Positions 37,472 to 46,500 of a stretch of DNA of 64,000 bases are shown piece by piece. Source of the stretch: Patescibacteria group bacterium (GTDB lineage: Bacteria; Patescibacteriota; Patescibacteriia; Patescibacteriales; UBA12465); contig JBMNFW010000001.1 of assembly GCA_050949525.1 (NCBI GenBank), positions 335,890-399,889 on the forward strand, read 5' to 3'. Each line of letters begins with the position of its first letter. The first letter of the stretch is position 1. A model generated the notes under the pieces. It was not told the DNA's origin, ran no database searches, and saw nothing but the letters and a program-made list of their open reading frames with translations. The position numbers and the translations under genes were made by a program.

Positions 37472-38227
37472 ATGGGAAAAATAATTTCCATTGTTAATCA
37501 AAAGGGTGGAGTTGGGAAAACAACTACTACAGTTAATTTGGGCGCCTATTTAGCTCATTTAGGGAAGAGGGTTTTGTTAGTTGATTTAGATCCTCAAGCT
37601 AATGCTAGTTCTGGTCTAGGTTTTCGTTCTGCTAAACAAGGTGTTTATGAAGCTTTGATTGGCTCTATTTCACTTTCTGAATTAATTTTTAAGACTGCTA
37701 AAGATAATTATTATATACTTCCGGCTACTATTGCTTTATCAGGAGCTTCGGTAGAATTAGTTAATGTTGATAATCGAGAATATCGTCTTAAGATGGCTTT
37801 GGATCAAATTAGAGATAATTTTGATTATATTATCATTGATGGTCCGCCATCCCTAGGTCTTTTAACTATCAATAGTTTATGTGCTTCTGATGAAGTCTTG
37901 ATTCCAATTCAAAGTGAATATTATGCTTTAGAAGGTTTGGGGCAATTATTAGAAACGATTTCTTTGATTCAGAATAATTTAAAAGAGGATTTGGGTATTT
38001 TAGGAGTATTGATTACTATGTTTGATAAACGAAATCGTTTATCATCTTTAGTTAAAGATGAGTTGTATAAGTATTTTCCTAATAAGGTTTTTAAAACAAT
38101 TATTCCGCGTTCAGTTCGTTTAGCTGAGGCTCCTAGTTATGGATTAAGTATTTTAGATTATGATCCAGGGTCTAAAGCTGCTAAAGCCTATGAAAGCTTA
38201 GCTCAAGAAGTAATAAATTTAACTTAA
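37472..38227 (+). CDS. parA: Chromosome partitioning ATPase ParA/Soj
   Basis: Deviant Walker A NQKGGVGKTTT, with DLDPQ. Confidence 0.9.
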   Translation: MGKIISIVNQKGGVGKTTTTVNLGAYLAHLGKRVLLVDLDPQANASSGLGFRSAKQGVYEALIGSISLSELIFKTAKDNYYILPATIALSGASVELVNVDNREYRLKMALDQIRDNFDYIIIDGPPSLGLLTINSLCASDEVLIPIQSEYYALEGLGQLLETISLIQNNLKEDLGILGVLITMFDKRNRLSSLVKDELYKYFPNKVFKTIIPRSVRLAEAPSYGLSILDYDPGSKAAKAYESLAQEVINLT

Positions 38228-38232
38228 AATAT

Positions 38233-39117
38233 ATGGCTACTAAAGGTTTGGGTCGAGGACTAGACTCCTTGATTCCGAAAAAAATAAAGAATCAAAAGTA
38301 TGTAGACTTTGATTTAAAAGATGACAAAACATTGATTAGTGATGATAGATCAGAGAAGATTATTAAGGTTAATCCTCGAGATATTAAAACTAATCCTTAT
38401 CAACCACGGAAAGATTTTGATCCAATTGCTTTAAATGATTTAATTAACTCTATTAAAGAGCATGGTATTATTCAGCCCTTGATTGTTAGTAAGGTCGGGG
38501 ATGCTTATGAATTAGTGGCTGGAGAAAGAAGATTACGTAGTGCTTTAGAATTAGAGATGGATGAGGTTCCAGTTATTGTTAGAGATTTAGATGATCAGAA
38601 AAAGTTAGAGATTGCTTTAATTGAAAATTTACAACGAGAAAATTTAAATCCTATTGAATCAGCTATTGCTTATAATCAATTAATGAATGAGTTTAATTTA
38701 AGTCAAGAAGAATTATCAGAACGATTAGGGAAACCTCGTTCTAGTATTGCTAATGCTTTACGTTTTTTATCCTTGCCAGAAGAAATTAAAAATGCTTTAG
38801 CTAAAAGACAAATTACCGAATCTCATGCTAAATACCTATCAGGACTAGAAGGTTCAGTTAAGCAGTTAAATATTTTTAGGAAGATTATATATAATAATCT
38901 TTCAGTTCGAGAGACTAGTGATTTAATTAAAAAATCTGGTGGAACTAAAAAAGCTAAAGTTTTACCTCGAGAAGAGGATCAGCGTTATTTAAAGAATTTA
39001 GAAAATTATTTTGGCACTAAGATTGCTTTAAGGCGATCTGGAACCGGAGGAAAATTAGAGATTAGTTTTTATAATGATGAAGATTTAAAAGAGATAATGA
39101 GAAAGATTATTAAATAG
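38233..39117 (+). CDS. parB: Chromosome partitioning protein ParB/Spo0J
   Basis: GLGRGLDSLI, the ParB box GERRLRSA, and an HTH region. Confidence 0.9.
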   Translation: MATKGLGRGLDSLIPKKIKNQKYVDFDLKDDKTLISDDRSEKIIKVNPRDIKTNPYQPRKDFDPIALNDLINSIKEHGIIQPLIVSKVGDAYELVAGERRLRSALELEMDEVPVIVRDLDDQKKLEIALIENLQRENLNPIESAIAYNQLMNEFNLSQEELSERLGKPRSSIANALRFLSLPEEIKNALAKRQITESHAKYLSGLEGSVKQLNIFRKIIYNNLSVRETSDLIKKSGGTKKAKVLPREEDQRYLKNLENYFGTKIALRRSGTGGKLEISFYNDEDLKEIMRKIIK

Positions 39118-39134
39118 CTTATTGATATAAATAA

Positions 39135-39164
39135 AAAGAGACCGATTTTAAAGGTCTTTTTTCT
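39135..39164 (+). terminator. Rho-independent terminator after parB
   Basis: Stem AGAGACC / GGTCTTT followed by a T-run. Confidence 0.5.
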
Positions 39165-39200
39165 ATTGACAAAGATTTTAGTTTTTGTTAAAAAGGTTGG

Positions 39201-39213
39201 AGTTCTTTTAAAA
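39201..39213 (+). promoter_or_regulatory. Conserved leader box AGTTCTTTTAAAA
   Basis: TTGACA (39166), 17 nt, TAAAAA, then gAGTTCTTTTAAAA, then ttatagct (8 nt), then ATG 39222. Confidence 0.6.
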
Positions 39214-39221
39214 TTATAGCT

Positions 39222-39860
39222 ATGAAGAAAATAATCGATCGAAAAATTTTAATCTCTTGGGGAATAATTTCTCTAATTTGGGTCATTTTTAGATTAGTAA
39301 TAATCTATGTTTTGGGCCCGGAAGAGATTTCTCTAGTATCCCAAGATTATTTATCTTGGGTAGGATTACCAAATAAGGTAATCTTGCCAGGATGTTTTAT
39401 CATCCTGGACATACCATCCTTATTACTCCTAATGATTATTTTTAAAATATTCATTGGAGCTGCTAATAATGACTTTGTCAATATTAGCAGAAAAAAGAGA
39501 ATAATAGCTCTAGGTTCAGTAATGATTATTCCGTCTATAGTCGGAATAATTTTATACCTTTTTTTTGGTATTACAATGGCTATTATTATAGCTACAGGAC
39601 TAGCTGCTATAGCTGGCCTGATAATATCAATGAAAAAAAATGGAGGAATAAGATCCCTAGATTCTTATTTTCTCGCTATTGAACCTTGGACTATATTTAT
39701 GATATTCTTATTATTCGGTATAGGAATATCCGGAGGACTAAATATAAGTGCCCTATTAATAATCCTATTATTTATAGGATTAGGGATGCTATTTATTGCC
39801 TTTATGGCAATAATGGTAATAGTGTATATTGTAAAAAAAGTAATATTTTTTTTATTTTAA
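39222..39860 (+). CDS. Hypothetical multi-pass membrane protein
   Basis: Five or six hydrophobic helices, with a leader box upstream. Confidence 0.6.
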   Translation: MKKIIDRKILISWGIISLIWVIFRLVIIYVLGPEEISLVSQDYLSWVGLPNKVILPGCFIILDIPSLLLLMIIFKIFIGAANNDFVNISRKKRIIALGSVMIIPSIVGIILYLFFGITMAIIIATGLAAIAGLIISMKKNGGIRSLDSYFLAIEPWTIFMIFLLFGIGISGGLNISALLIILLFIGLGMLFIAFMAIMVIVYIVKKVIFFLF

Positions 39861-39939
39861 GTAAAATAGGGGGAGACAACAAGTCTTCCTTTTTTATTTT
39901 ATTTATATTATGATAGGGATGTAATTTTAATTTTTATTT

Positions 39940-42900
39940 ATGTCATTTGTTCATCTTCATAATCATACTCACTATTCATTGCTTGATGGCTTAACTAAAA
40001 TTGATGACTTAATTGCTAAGGCTAAATCTCAAAATTGCCCAGCTTTAGCTATCACTGATCACGGTAATATGTATGGAGTGATTGAGTTTTATCAAAAATG
40101 TTTAAAAGCTGGTATTAAGCCTATTATTGGAGTAGAAGCTTATTTAGCTCCTGGTTCTCGTTTTGACAAAGGCACTAGAGATGATGCTAGAAATTATTAT
40201 CATTTATTATTATTGGCTAAAAATAATACTGGTTATCAAAATTTAATTAAATTAGTCTCTAAATCTCATCTCGAGGGATTTTATTACAAACCTCGAATTG
40301 ATTGGGAGCTTCTAGAGGAGTTTTATGAGGGATTAATTGCATCTACTGCTTGTTTAGGGGGTGAAATTCCAGTTTTAATTCAATCTGGAAGATTAGATTT
40401 AGCTCGACAAAGAATTTTGGATTATAATCAGCTCTTTGGCGAAGGTAATTTCTATTTAGAGGTAATGGATCATCCTGAATTAGAAAATCAAGATATGGTA
40501 AATCAGCAATTAATTAAATTTTCTCAAGAATTAAATGTTCCTTTAGTCGCTACTAATGATATTCATTATTTAGATAAAGATGATGATGAGGCTCAAGATA
40601 TTTTACTTTGTCTTCAGAATAAAAAGAAAAGAAGCGATACTGATCGAATGCGAATGATGGGTTATGGCGATTATTCTTGTCGTGATCCTCAAGAAATTGT
40701 CGAAGCTTTTAAGGATACACCCTCAGCTATTTCTAATACTGTAAAAATTGCTGAAGCTTGTAATGTTGAGATAGATTTAAAGACAACTCATTTACCATAT
40801 TTTTCTGTTCCGGAAAGTTTTGATGAAAACTCATACCTAAGACATTTGTGTAGCTTAGGTATTGAGAGGAGATATGGAAAATCTAATGAAGAGATTGATA
40901 AGCGATTAGATTATGAGTTGGAGGTTATCGCTAAAATGGGTTGGCCATCATATTTTTTAATAGTAGCTGATTTAGTTAATTGGGCTAAAGATAATGGTAT
41001 TGTAGTTGGTCCAGGACGAGGTAGTGCAGCTGGGTCTTTAGTTTGTTATTTAACCAATATCACTAATGTTGATCCTTTGAAATATGAATTATTATTTGAA
41101 AGATTTTTAAACCCTGATCGAATTTCTATGCCTGATATTGATTTAGATTTTGCTGATACTCGTCGTGATGAAGTTATTAGATATGTAGCTCAAAAATATG
41201 GTGAAGATCATGTTTCTCAAATTATTACTTTCGGTACTATGGCGGCTCGAGCTGCTATTCGTGATGTAGGACGAGTTTTAGATGAACCTTATGATTATTG
41301 TGATAAACTAGCTAAGATGATTCCGTCTAATTATAAAATAAAAGATGCGATTGAGAATTTAAATGAGGTTAAAGAAATTTATGAAAGGGAAGTAGCGGCT
41401 CGAAAAATTTTAGATTTTGCTCAAAAATTAGAAGGAGTTTCTCGTCATGCTTCTACTCATGCTTGTGGAGTTTTAATTACTAAGGAACCTTTAACTAATT
41501 ATGTTCCATTACAATATGCTTCTTCTTCTGATCAAAGTATTATTTCTCAATACTCTTTAGGTCCAGTTGATGATTTAGGACTTTTGAAGGTTGACTTTTT
41601 AGGTTTAAAAAATTTAAGTGTTATTGAAGCTGCTATTAAGATTATAAAAAATACTCAGGGAGTAATTATTGATATTGAGAAAGTCCCCCTAGATGATGAG
41701 AAGACCTTAAATTTATTTAAAAAAGGTGAGACTACTGGAGTTTTTCAATTTGAATCCAGTGGTATGAAGCGTTATTTAAAAGAATTAAAACCTAGTGAAT
41801 TTGAGGATATTGTGGCTATGGTAGCTTTGTATCGTCCGGGTCCGATGGAGTGGATTCCTGATTTCATTTCTGGTAAACATGGTCGAAATATGAAATATTT
41901 ACATCCTAAATTAGAACCGATTTTGAGAAAAACCTATGGAGTAGCTGTTTATCAGGAGCAGGTAATGCAAATTTCTCGAGAATTGGCTGGTTTTAGTCGA
42001 GGTGAAGCTGATACTTTAAGGAAGGCGATGGGAAAGAAAATTCCAGAACTTTTAGCTGAACAAAAAGAAAAATTTATTAATGGTTGTGTTGCGAATGGTA
42101 TCGACCAAGTTTTAGCTGAAAAGGTTTTTTCTTTTATTGAGCCTTTTGCTGGTTATGGATTTAATCGCTCTCATGCTGTTTGTTATGCTTTAATTGGTTA
42201 TCAAACTGCTTATCTAAAAGCTAATTATCCAGTTGAGTTTATGGCTGCGTTATTAACCGCTGATCAAAATGATACAGATAGAATTGCGATTGAAATTGAA
42301 GAATGTCGTCAGATGGGGATTGAAATTAAGGCTCCGGATATTAATGAGTCGTTCGCTTCTTTTACCGTTTTAAAGGATAGTTCTAAACCAACTATTAGAT
42401 TTGGTTTGAAGGCTATAAAAAATGTGGGGGCTCATATTGTGGAAGAAATAATTGATGAACGTAAGAGGGGTGGATCTTTTTCTAATATATTTGATCTTTT
42501 GGAGCGAGTTAGTGATAAAGATTTAAATAAAAAGTCCTTAGAGAGTTTAATTAAAGCTGGAGCTTTGGATCAATTAGAGGATCGAGCTGTGTTGGTGGAT
42601 AATATTGAAGTTCTGTTAAATTTTAGTAAAGCTATTAAAAAAGATAAAGATAGTTCTCAGCTTAATCTTTTTGGCGAGGATGTTTTAGCTCCAGTTTATC
42701 CGTCATTAGAAAAAGATAAAGAATTAAATGATAAAGAAAAATTACAATGGGAGAAAGATTTATTAGGATTATATATTTCCGAGCATCCCTTTTCTTTTTT
42801 TCGTTCTCATTTATCTGATTTTTGTCTTCCATTAACTACTTTAAAAGATCATATTGGACAAGATATTTTTACAGCTGGAGTAATTTCTAGTATTAAAAAA

Positions 42901-43407
42901 ATTATTACCAAGAAAAATGAAAACATGCTTTTTGTAAAGATTGAAGATGGAATTTCTATGTTGGAGGTTCTAGTTTTTCCTAAAATTTTAAAAGAGCAGC
43001 CAGATCTTTGGCAAGAAGGACGAGTTGTATTATTGAACGCCAATGTTTCTGATAAAGATGGGGAGATTAAACTCTTGGTTAATAAAGCGATTAATTTAAA
43101 GGAGGAAGGCTTAGAATCAGATATAGAAGAATTTAAAAAAATTAAAATATCTTCTCGTAATAATTATCAAAAAAATAATCAAAGTTCGGCATCTTTAGGT
43201 ATAGTATTTAAGGAAAAAATTAATCCAGAAATTTTAGAACAATTAAAGAAATTTTTAGAAAAATATCCTGGCTCCAATTCCGTTTATTTTAAATTAAGTC
43301 TTGATCAAGGTGAGAGCATGATCAAATCTGATTTTAAAGTTAAACTTAATGAAACTTTAAAAGAAGATCTTCGAAAAAATTTTTCTGGAAATTTGGAGGT
43401 AGTTTAG
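39940..43407 (+). CDS. dnaE: DNA polymerase III alpha subunit
   Basis: N-terminal PHP domain FVHLHNHTHYSLLDG, palm/fingers motifs (PDIDLDF, GLLKVDFLGL) and an OB fold. Confidence 0.95.
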   Translation: MSFVHLHNHTHYSLLDGLTKIDDLIAKAKSQNCPALAITDHGNMYGVIEFYQKCLKAGIKPIIGVEAYLAPGSRFDKGTRDDARNYYHLLLLAKNNTGYQNLIKLVSKSHLEGFYYKPRIDWELLEEFYEGLIASTACLGGEIPVLIQSGRLDLARQRILDYNQLFGEGNFYLEVMDHPELENQDMVNQQLIKFSQELNVPLVATNDIHYLDKDDDEAQDILLCLQNKKKRSDTDRMRMMGYGDYSCRDPQEIVEAFKDTPSAISNTVKIAEACNVEIDLKTTHLPYFSVPESFDENSYLRHLCSLGIERRYGKSNEEIDKRLDYELEVIAKMGWPSYFLIVADLVNWAKDNGIVVGPGRGSAAGSLVCYLTNITNVDPLKYELLFERFLNPDRISMPDIDLDFADTRRDEVIRYVAQKYGEDHVSQIITFGTMAARAAIRDVGRVLDEPYDYCDKLAKMIPSNYKIKDAIENLNEVKEIYEREVAARKILDFAQKLEGVSRHASTHACGVLITKEPLTNYVPLQYASSSDQSIISQYSLGPVDDLGLLKVDFLGLKNLSVIEAAIKIIKNTQGVIIDIEKVPLDDEKTLNLFKKGETTGVFQFESSGMKRYLKELKPSEFEDIVAMVALYRPGPMEWIPDFISGKHGRNMKYLHPKLEPILRKTYGVAVYQEQVMQISRELAGFSRGEADTLRKAMGKKIPELLAEQKEKFINGCVANGIDQVLAEKVFSFIEPFAGYGFNRSHAVCYALIGYQTAYLKANYPVEFMAALLTADQNDTDRIAIEIEECRQMGIEIKAPDINESFASFTVLKDSSKPTIRFGLKAIKNVGAHIVEEIIDERKRGGSFSNIFDLLERVSDKDLNKKSLESLIKAGALDQLEDRAVLVDNIEVLLNFSKAIKKDKDSSQLNLFGEDVLAPVYPSLEKDKELNDKEKLQWEKDLLGLYISEHPFSFFRSHLSDFCLPLTTLKDHIGQDIFTAGVISSIKKIITKKNENMLFVKIEDGISMLEVLVFPKILKEQPDLWQEGRVVLLNANVSDKDGEIKLLVNKAINLKEEGLESDIEEFKKIKISSRNNYQKNNQSSASLGIVFKEKINPEILEQLKKFLEKYPGSNSVYFKLSLDQGESMIKSDFKVKLNETLKEDLRKNFSGNLEVV

Positions 43408-43417
43408 AAAATAAAAA

Positions 43418-43437
43418 AACCCTAAATTATTAGGGTT
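43418..43437. terminator. Bidirectional terminator hairpin
   Basis: Stem AACCCTAA / TTAGGGTT with a 4-nt loop, an A-run upstream and T-rich sequence downstream. It lies between convergent genes. Confidence 0.65.
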
Positions 43438-43443
43438 ATGTTT

Positions 43444-43899
43444 TTAAATCATATTTTCTTCAATTTTTGTTTCTCTAACTTCTCGGTATTTTAATTTTGC
43501 CGAAATAAAAAGAACAAAGATTCCAGAATAAATTAAAGGTAGTAATAGGATTTCGGAATTACCCGTTCCTATTACTCCGTTTTTAATGTATCCTGTTTGA
43601 TAGCCTATCATAGCGGCTATAAAGCAAAATACCGGAATAAATCTCATGAAGCCCACTTTTATTAAAAGTGATGCTCCATAAAAAAATATAAAAATGGCTG
43701 ATATATCAACATGGGAGTCTATCCCAGTGTTAATATTAGCAACTTTAGGACCTAGTGTGATCATAAGTCCTAATAGGATTAAAAATATTCCTTTTTGAAT
43801 TCTGATGGTTTTTTCATCAGAATTCAAATAAAAAAGAATAAAATCAAATACCACCACTATGGCGGTAGTTGATAAGATTGTAATGATTAAATTTGTCAT
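43444..43899 (-). CDS. Hypothetical multi-pass membrane protein
   Basis: Four or five hydrophobic helices, with a leader box upstream. Confidence 0.6.
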   Translation of the reverse strand: MTNLIITILSTTAIVVVFDFILFYLNSDEKTIRIQKGIFLILLGLMITLGPKVANINTGIDSHVDISAIFIFFYGASLLIKVGFMRFIPVFCFIAAMIGYQTGYIKNGVIGTGNSEILLLPLIYSGIFVLFISAKLKYREVRETKIEENMI

Positions 43900-43907
43900 A
43901 ATACAAT

Positions 43908-43920
43908 TTTTAAAGAACTA
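43908..43920 (-). promoter_or_regulatory. Conserved leader box TAGTTCTTTAAAA
   Basis: The minus strand reads TTAGTTCTTTAAAAATTGTATT then ATG. AGTTC to ATG is 20 nt. Confidence 0.6.
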
Positions 43921-43966
43921 AAGATGTTCAAAAGTCAATAGTTGAAGGTAATAATTGTAAAAATAC

Positions 43967-44007
43967 TTGACACACTACTTGACAGAATTATTTACATTTG
44001 ATAAAAT
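43967..44007 (+). promoter_or_regulatory. Promoter with a duplicated TACTTGACA box
   Basis: TACTTGACA occurs twice, 12 nt apart. The second TTGACA is followed by 17 nt and then TAAAAT, upstream of the XRE-Panacea gene. Confidence 0.55.
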
Positions 44008-44034
44008 AGAGGTACAATATTTATAAAAACAATT

Positions 44035-44808
44035 ATGTCTACATTTTTAAAAAAGCTTCGTCATAAGCAAAAAATTAGTCAAGAATTTTTAGCTAAAAAA
44101 ATAGGTGTTTCTCGTCCCACTTATTCACAAATTGAAAATGGCGAGCGAAAGATGCTTGTAGAAGAGGCTCAGAAATTAGCACGATTTTTTGGTTTATCTT
44201 TGGAGGACTTTCTTTCTGGTAAGGATATGCCAGTATTAAAGGTGGAATTGGAAAAATCAAAAAAGAAGAAACAAAAAAAGCAAGAAGTGCGTGTTTCTGT
44301 ACCTCAGGAAAAAGTAGAAAAGTTTAAAGAGGTATTTTTATATATTTTAGAAAGAATTGGCGCTCGGCCTAATATCGGTGAAGCGGTTATCTGTAAAATA
44401 ATGTATTTTATTGATTTTGATTTTTATGAAAAATTTGAAGAACAATTAGTTGGTGCTAAATATATCAAAAATCATTTTGGACCAACTCCTGTTGCTTTTC
44501 CTAAAATTGTCGCTCAAATGGAAAAAGATGGTGACTTAGTTCGGATTACTAAAAAATATTTTCAACATGAGCAGAAAAAATATTTACCACTGAGATCAGC
44601 TGATTTGTCTAATTTTTCAGCTCGAGAGAAGGATCTTATTGATTGGGAGATTGAGCGGTTTAAGGATTTTAATGCTAGTAAAATACGAGATTATTCCCAT
44701 AAAGATGTTCCTTGGATTGGGGCTGATAATTTACAGGAAATTGATTATGAAGCGGTTTTTTCTCGCACTGATGAATTTTCTGTAAGGCAATATGATGATA
44801 AAATATGA
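44035..44808 (+). CDS. XRE-HTH plus Panacea (DUF4065/SocA-like) domain antitoxin
   Basis: N-terminal HTH_XRE (ISQEFLAKKIGVSRPTYSQIENGER) and a Lys-rich linker. The C-terminal KIMYFIDFDFY...HFGPTPVAF is DUF4065-like. Confidence 0.7.
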   Translation: MSTFLKKLRHKQKISQEFLAKKIGVSRPTYSQIENGERKMLVEEAQKLARFFGLSLEDFLSGKDMPVLKVELEKSKKKKQKKQEVRVSVPQEKVEKFKEVFLYILERIGARPNIGEAVICKIMYFIDFDFYEKFEEQLVGAKYIKNHFGPTPVAFPKIVAQMEKDGDLVRITKKYFQHEQKKYLPLRSADLSNFSAREKDLIDWEIERFKDFNASKIRDYSHKDVPWIGADNLQEIDYEAVFSRTDEFSVRQYDDKI

Positions 44809-45163
44809 CGAAACAGAAGAATTTAAGCGTGATTTTAAGAAACTGCTAAAAAGATTTCCAACTTTAGTAGATGATTTTAATATAAATAAAAAATATAGAA
44901 TTAATCTTTTTCATTGTAAAAAGATTGACAGTAAAAGTATTTTTGAAATTCAGGGAGCTGGCAATACGGATGAATTAAGGTTTTTTAAAGTTAAAAAATT
45001 TCAATGTAAAAGTTTAAAGGGGCGCGGAGCAAAAAGCGGTATTCGTGTCATTTATGCTTATTTACCAATGATCCATAAAATTATATTTTTAGAAATTTAT
45101 TTTAAATCAGATCAGGAAAATGAGACAAAAAAGAGGATAATTGATTTTATGAGAGATAGGTAA
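44795..45163 (+). CDS. RelE/ParE-superfamily-like toxin
   Basis: Small basic protein overlapping the antitoxin 3' end. It has FKRDFKKL and GIRVIYAY...IIFLEIYFKSDQEN, typical of the RelE-like fold. Confidence 0.55.
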   Translation: MIKYDETEEFKRDFKKLLKRFPTLVDDFNINKKYRINLFHCKKIDSKSIFEIQGAGNTDELRFFKVKKFQCKSLKGRGAKSGIRVIYAYLPMIHKIIFLEIYFKSDQENETKKRIIDFMRDR

Positions 45164-45194
45164 TATTAAATAGAGTGATAAGGATAAACGATAG

Positions 45195-45218
45195 AACTGG
45201 CTTAAAACCAGTTTTTTA
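45195..45218 (+). terminator. Rho-independent terminator after the TA pair
   Basis: Stem AACTGG / CCAGTT with a 7-nt loop, followed by TTTTTAT. Confidence 0.6.
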
Positions 45219-45279
45219 TTTGGAGTTTATACAAATTTGTGATAAATTAAATATGAAGAATTTATAAATAAATTTGTGT

Positions 45280-46275
45280 ATGACAAGATCACAAAATACA
45301 AATTTACACAGAGCTAGAGATAGAAAGAATGATGAGTTTTATACTCAGCTTTCAGACATTGAAAAAGAATTAAAGTATTATAAAGATCATTTTAGGGGGA
45401 AAATTATTTATTGTAATGCCGATGATCCTTTTGAGAGTAATTTTTTTAAATATTTTGCCTCTAACTTTAATAATCTCGGTTTAAAAAAACTTATTACCAC
45501 AAGTTATGCTGGCTCCCCAGTTGTTGGTGAGCAATTACCTTTATTTGAGGTGGCAGGCCTTAAAAAAGCTAAAATTAAGGAGCCGATGAAGATTGAAATT
45601 AACGAAGTTAAGGATCTTAATAAAGATGGAGCTACAAGTATTATTGATGTTGAGTTACTTTTAAGAAATAATAAAAATATAACCACTCCTCTTAAGGGTG
45701 ATGGAGATTTTCGTAGTGAGGAATGTATAAAATTATTAAAAGAGGCTGACATTATTGTTACTAATCCACCTTTTAGTTTGTTTAGGGAATATGTTGCACA
45801 GTTAATGGAATATAAGAAAAAATTTTTAATAATAGGAAATAAAAATGCTATAACTTATAAAGAGTTTTTTCCATTACTAAAAGATAATAAGGTTTGGATA
45901 GGTTATAATAATGTAAAAGAATTTAAACAACCTAATGGAGTATTAAAAAAATTTGGAAATGTTGGGTGGTATACCAATCTTGATATTAAAAAACGACACG
46001 AGGAATTGATACTTTATAAAAAATATAATTCAAAAGAGTATCCAAAATATGATAATTATGATGCAATTAATGTTGATAAGGTGAATAATATACCTTCGGA
46101 TTATGATGGAGTTATGGGTGTTCCTATAACATTTATGGATAAATATAATCCCAATCAATTTGAGATAGTGTCGTTTAGAAAGGGTAGTGATGGAAAAGAT
46201 TTGGTATTTACGAGAGAGAGAGAGAGAGTTCAACCATACTTTCGTATCCTTGTACGACGGCAATTCCGGGATTAA
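45280..46275 (+). CDS. N6-adenine DNA methyltransferase, M.EcoRI family
   Basis: NDEFYTQ near the N-terminus, catalytic motif IVTNPPFSLFREY, YDGVMGVPITFMDKYNP, and C-terminal FRKGSDGKDL...PYFRILVRR. The start is taken at ATG 45280. Confidence 0.85.
   Translation: MTRSQNTNLHRARDRKNDEFYTQLSDIEKELKYYKDHFRGKIIYCNADDPFESNFFKYFASNFNNLGLKKLITTSYAGSPVVGEQLPLFEVAGLKKAKIKEPMKIEINEVKDLNKDGATSIIDVELLLRNNKNITTPLKGDGDFRSEECIKLLKEADIIVTNPPFSLFREYVAQLMEYKKKFLIIGNKNAITYKEFFPLLKDNKVWIGYNNVKEFKQPNGVLKKFGNVGWYTNLDIKKRHEELILYKKYNSKEYPKYDNYDAINVDKVNNIPSDYDGVMGVPITFMDKYNPNQFEIVSFRKGSDGKDLVFTRERERVQPYFRILVRRQFRD
46212..46228 (+). repeat. (GA)8 dinucleotide tract inside the methyltransferase CDS
   Basis: GAGAGAGAGAGAGAGAG encodes RERER, 16 codons before the stop. 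Confidence 0.95.
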
Positions 46276-46492
46276 TAAAAAACGCAGAAGGAAAAGTGAA
46301 TGGCAGAATTACTTATGCTCGAATAACTATAAGAAACAAAAAATTAAGGAACCAATAGATTATTTTTTCCCAAATGTTACTAATTTAGCCAACACTTTAG
46401 TGAATGATTGTACTATTAATGGTAAAAAAACTTATGTAAGGGTGTTGATAAGAAAAAAAGACAAAAAACATGTTAACTTTATTTTTAAATAA
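46229..46492 (+). other. Two alternative out-of-frame C-terminal extensions of the methyltransferase
   Basis: Frame 3 (read after loss of 2 nt, one GA unit, from the tract) is open to 46358 and ends ...GKVNGRITYARITIRNKKLRNQ*. Frame 2 (read after gain of 2 nt, one GA unit; track ORF 46187-46492) ends ...INGKKTYVRVLIRKKDKKHVNFIFK*. Confidence 0.6.
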
Positions 46493-46500
46493 AAAATCAT

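Noticed and set aside
37472-39230. parS sites (TGTTTCACGTGAAACA-like) near parAB.
   Set aside because: I saw no close match in or around the parAB genes in this window. This does not rule out sites elsewhere, and a pattern search should confirm it.
45225-45280. A repeated AAATTTGTG 9-mer (about 45231 and about 45270) upstream of the methyltransferase, considered as an operator.
   Set aside because: There are only two short AT-rich copies, and one overlaps the putative TTG/ATG start region. This is too weak to call without comparative data.
46187-46492. The track ORF 46187-46492, considered as an independent 101-aa gene.
   Set aside because: - It has no plausible start or RBS of its own.
- It begins inside the methyltransferase CDS.
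- Its C-terminus carries the methyltransferase-family terminal motif.

It is better explained as an alternative frame reached through the (GA)n tract; see the finding.
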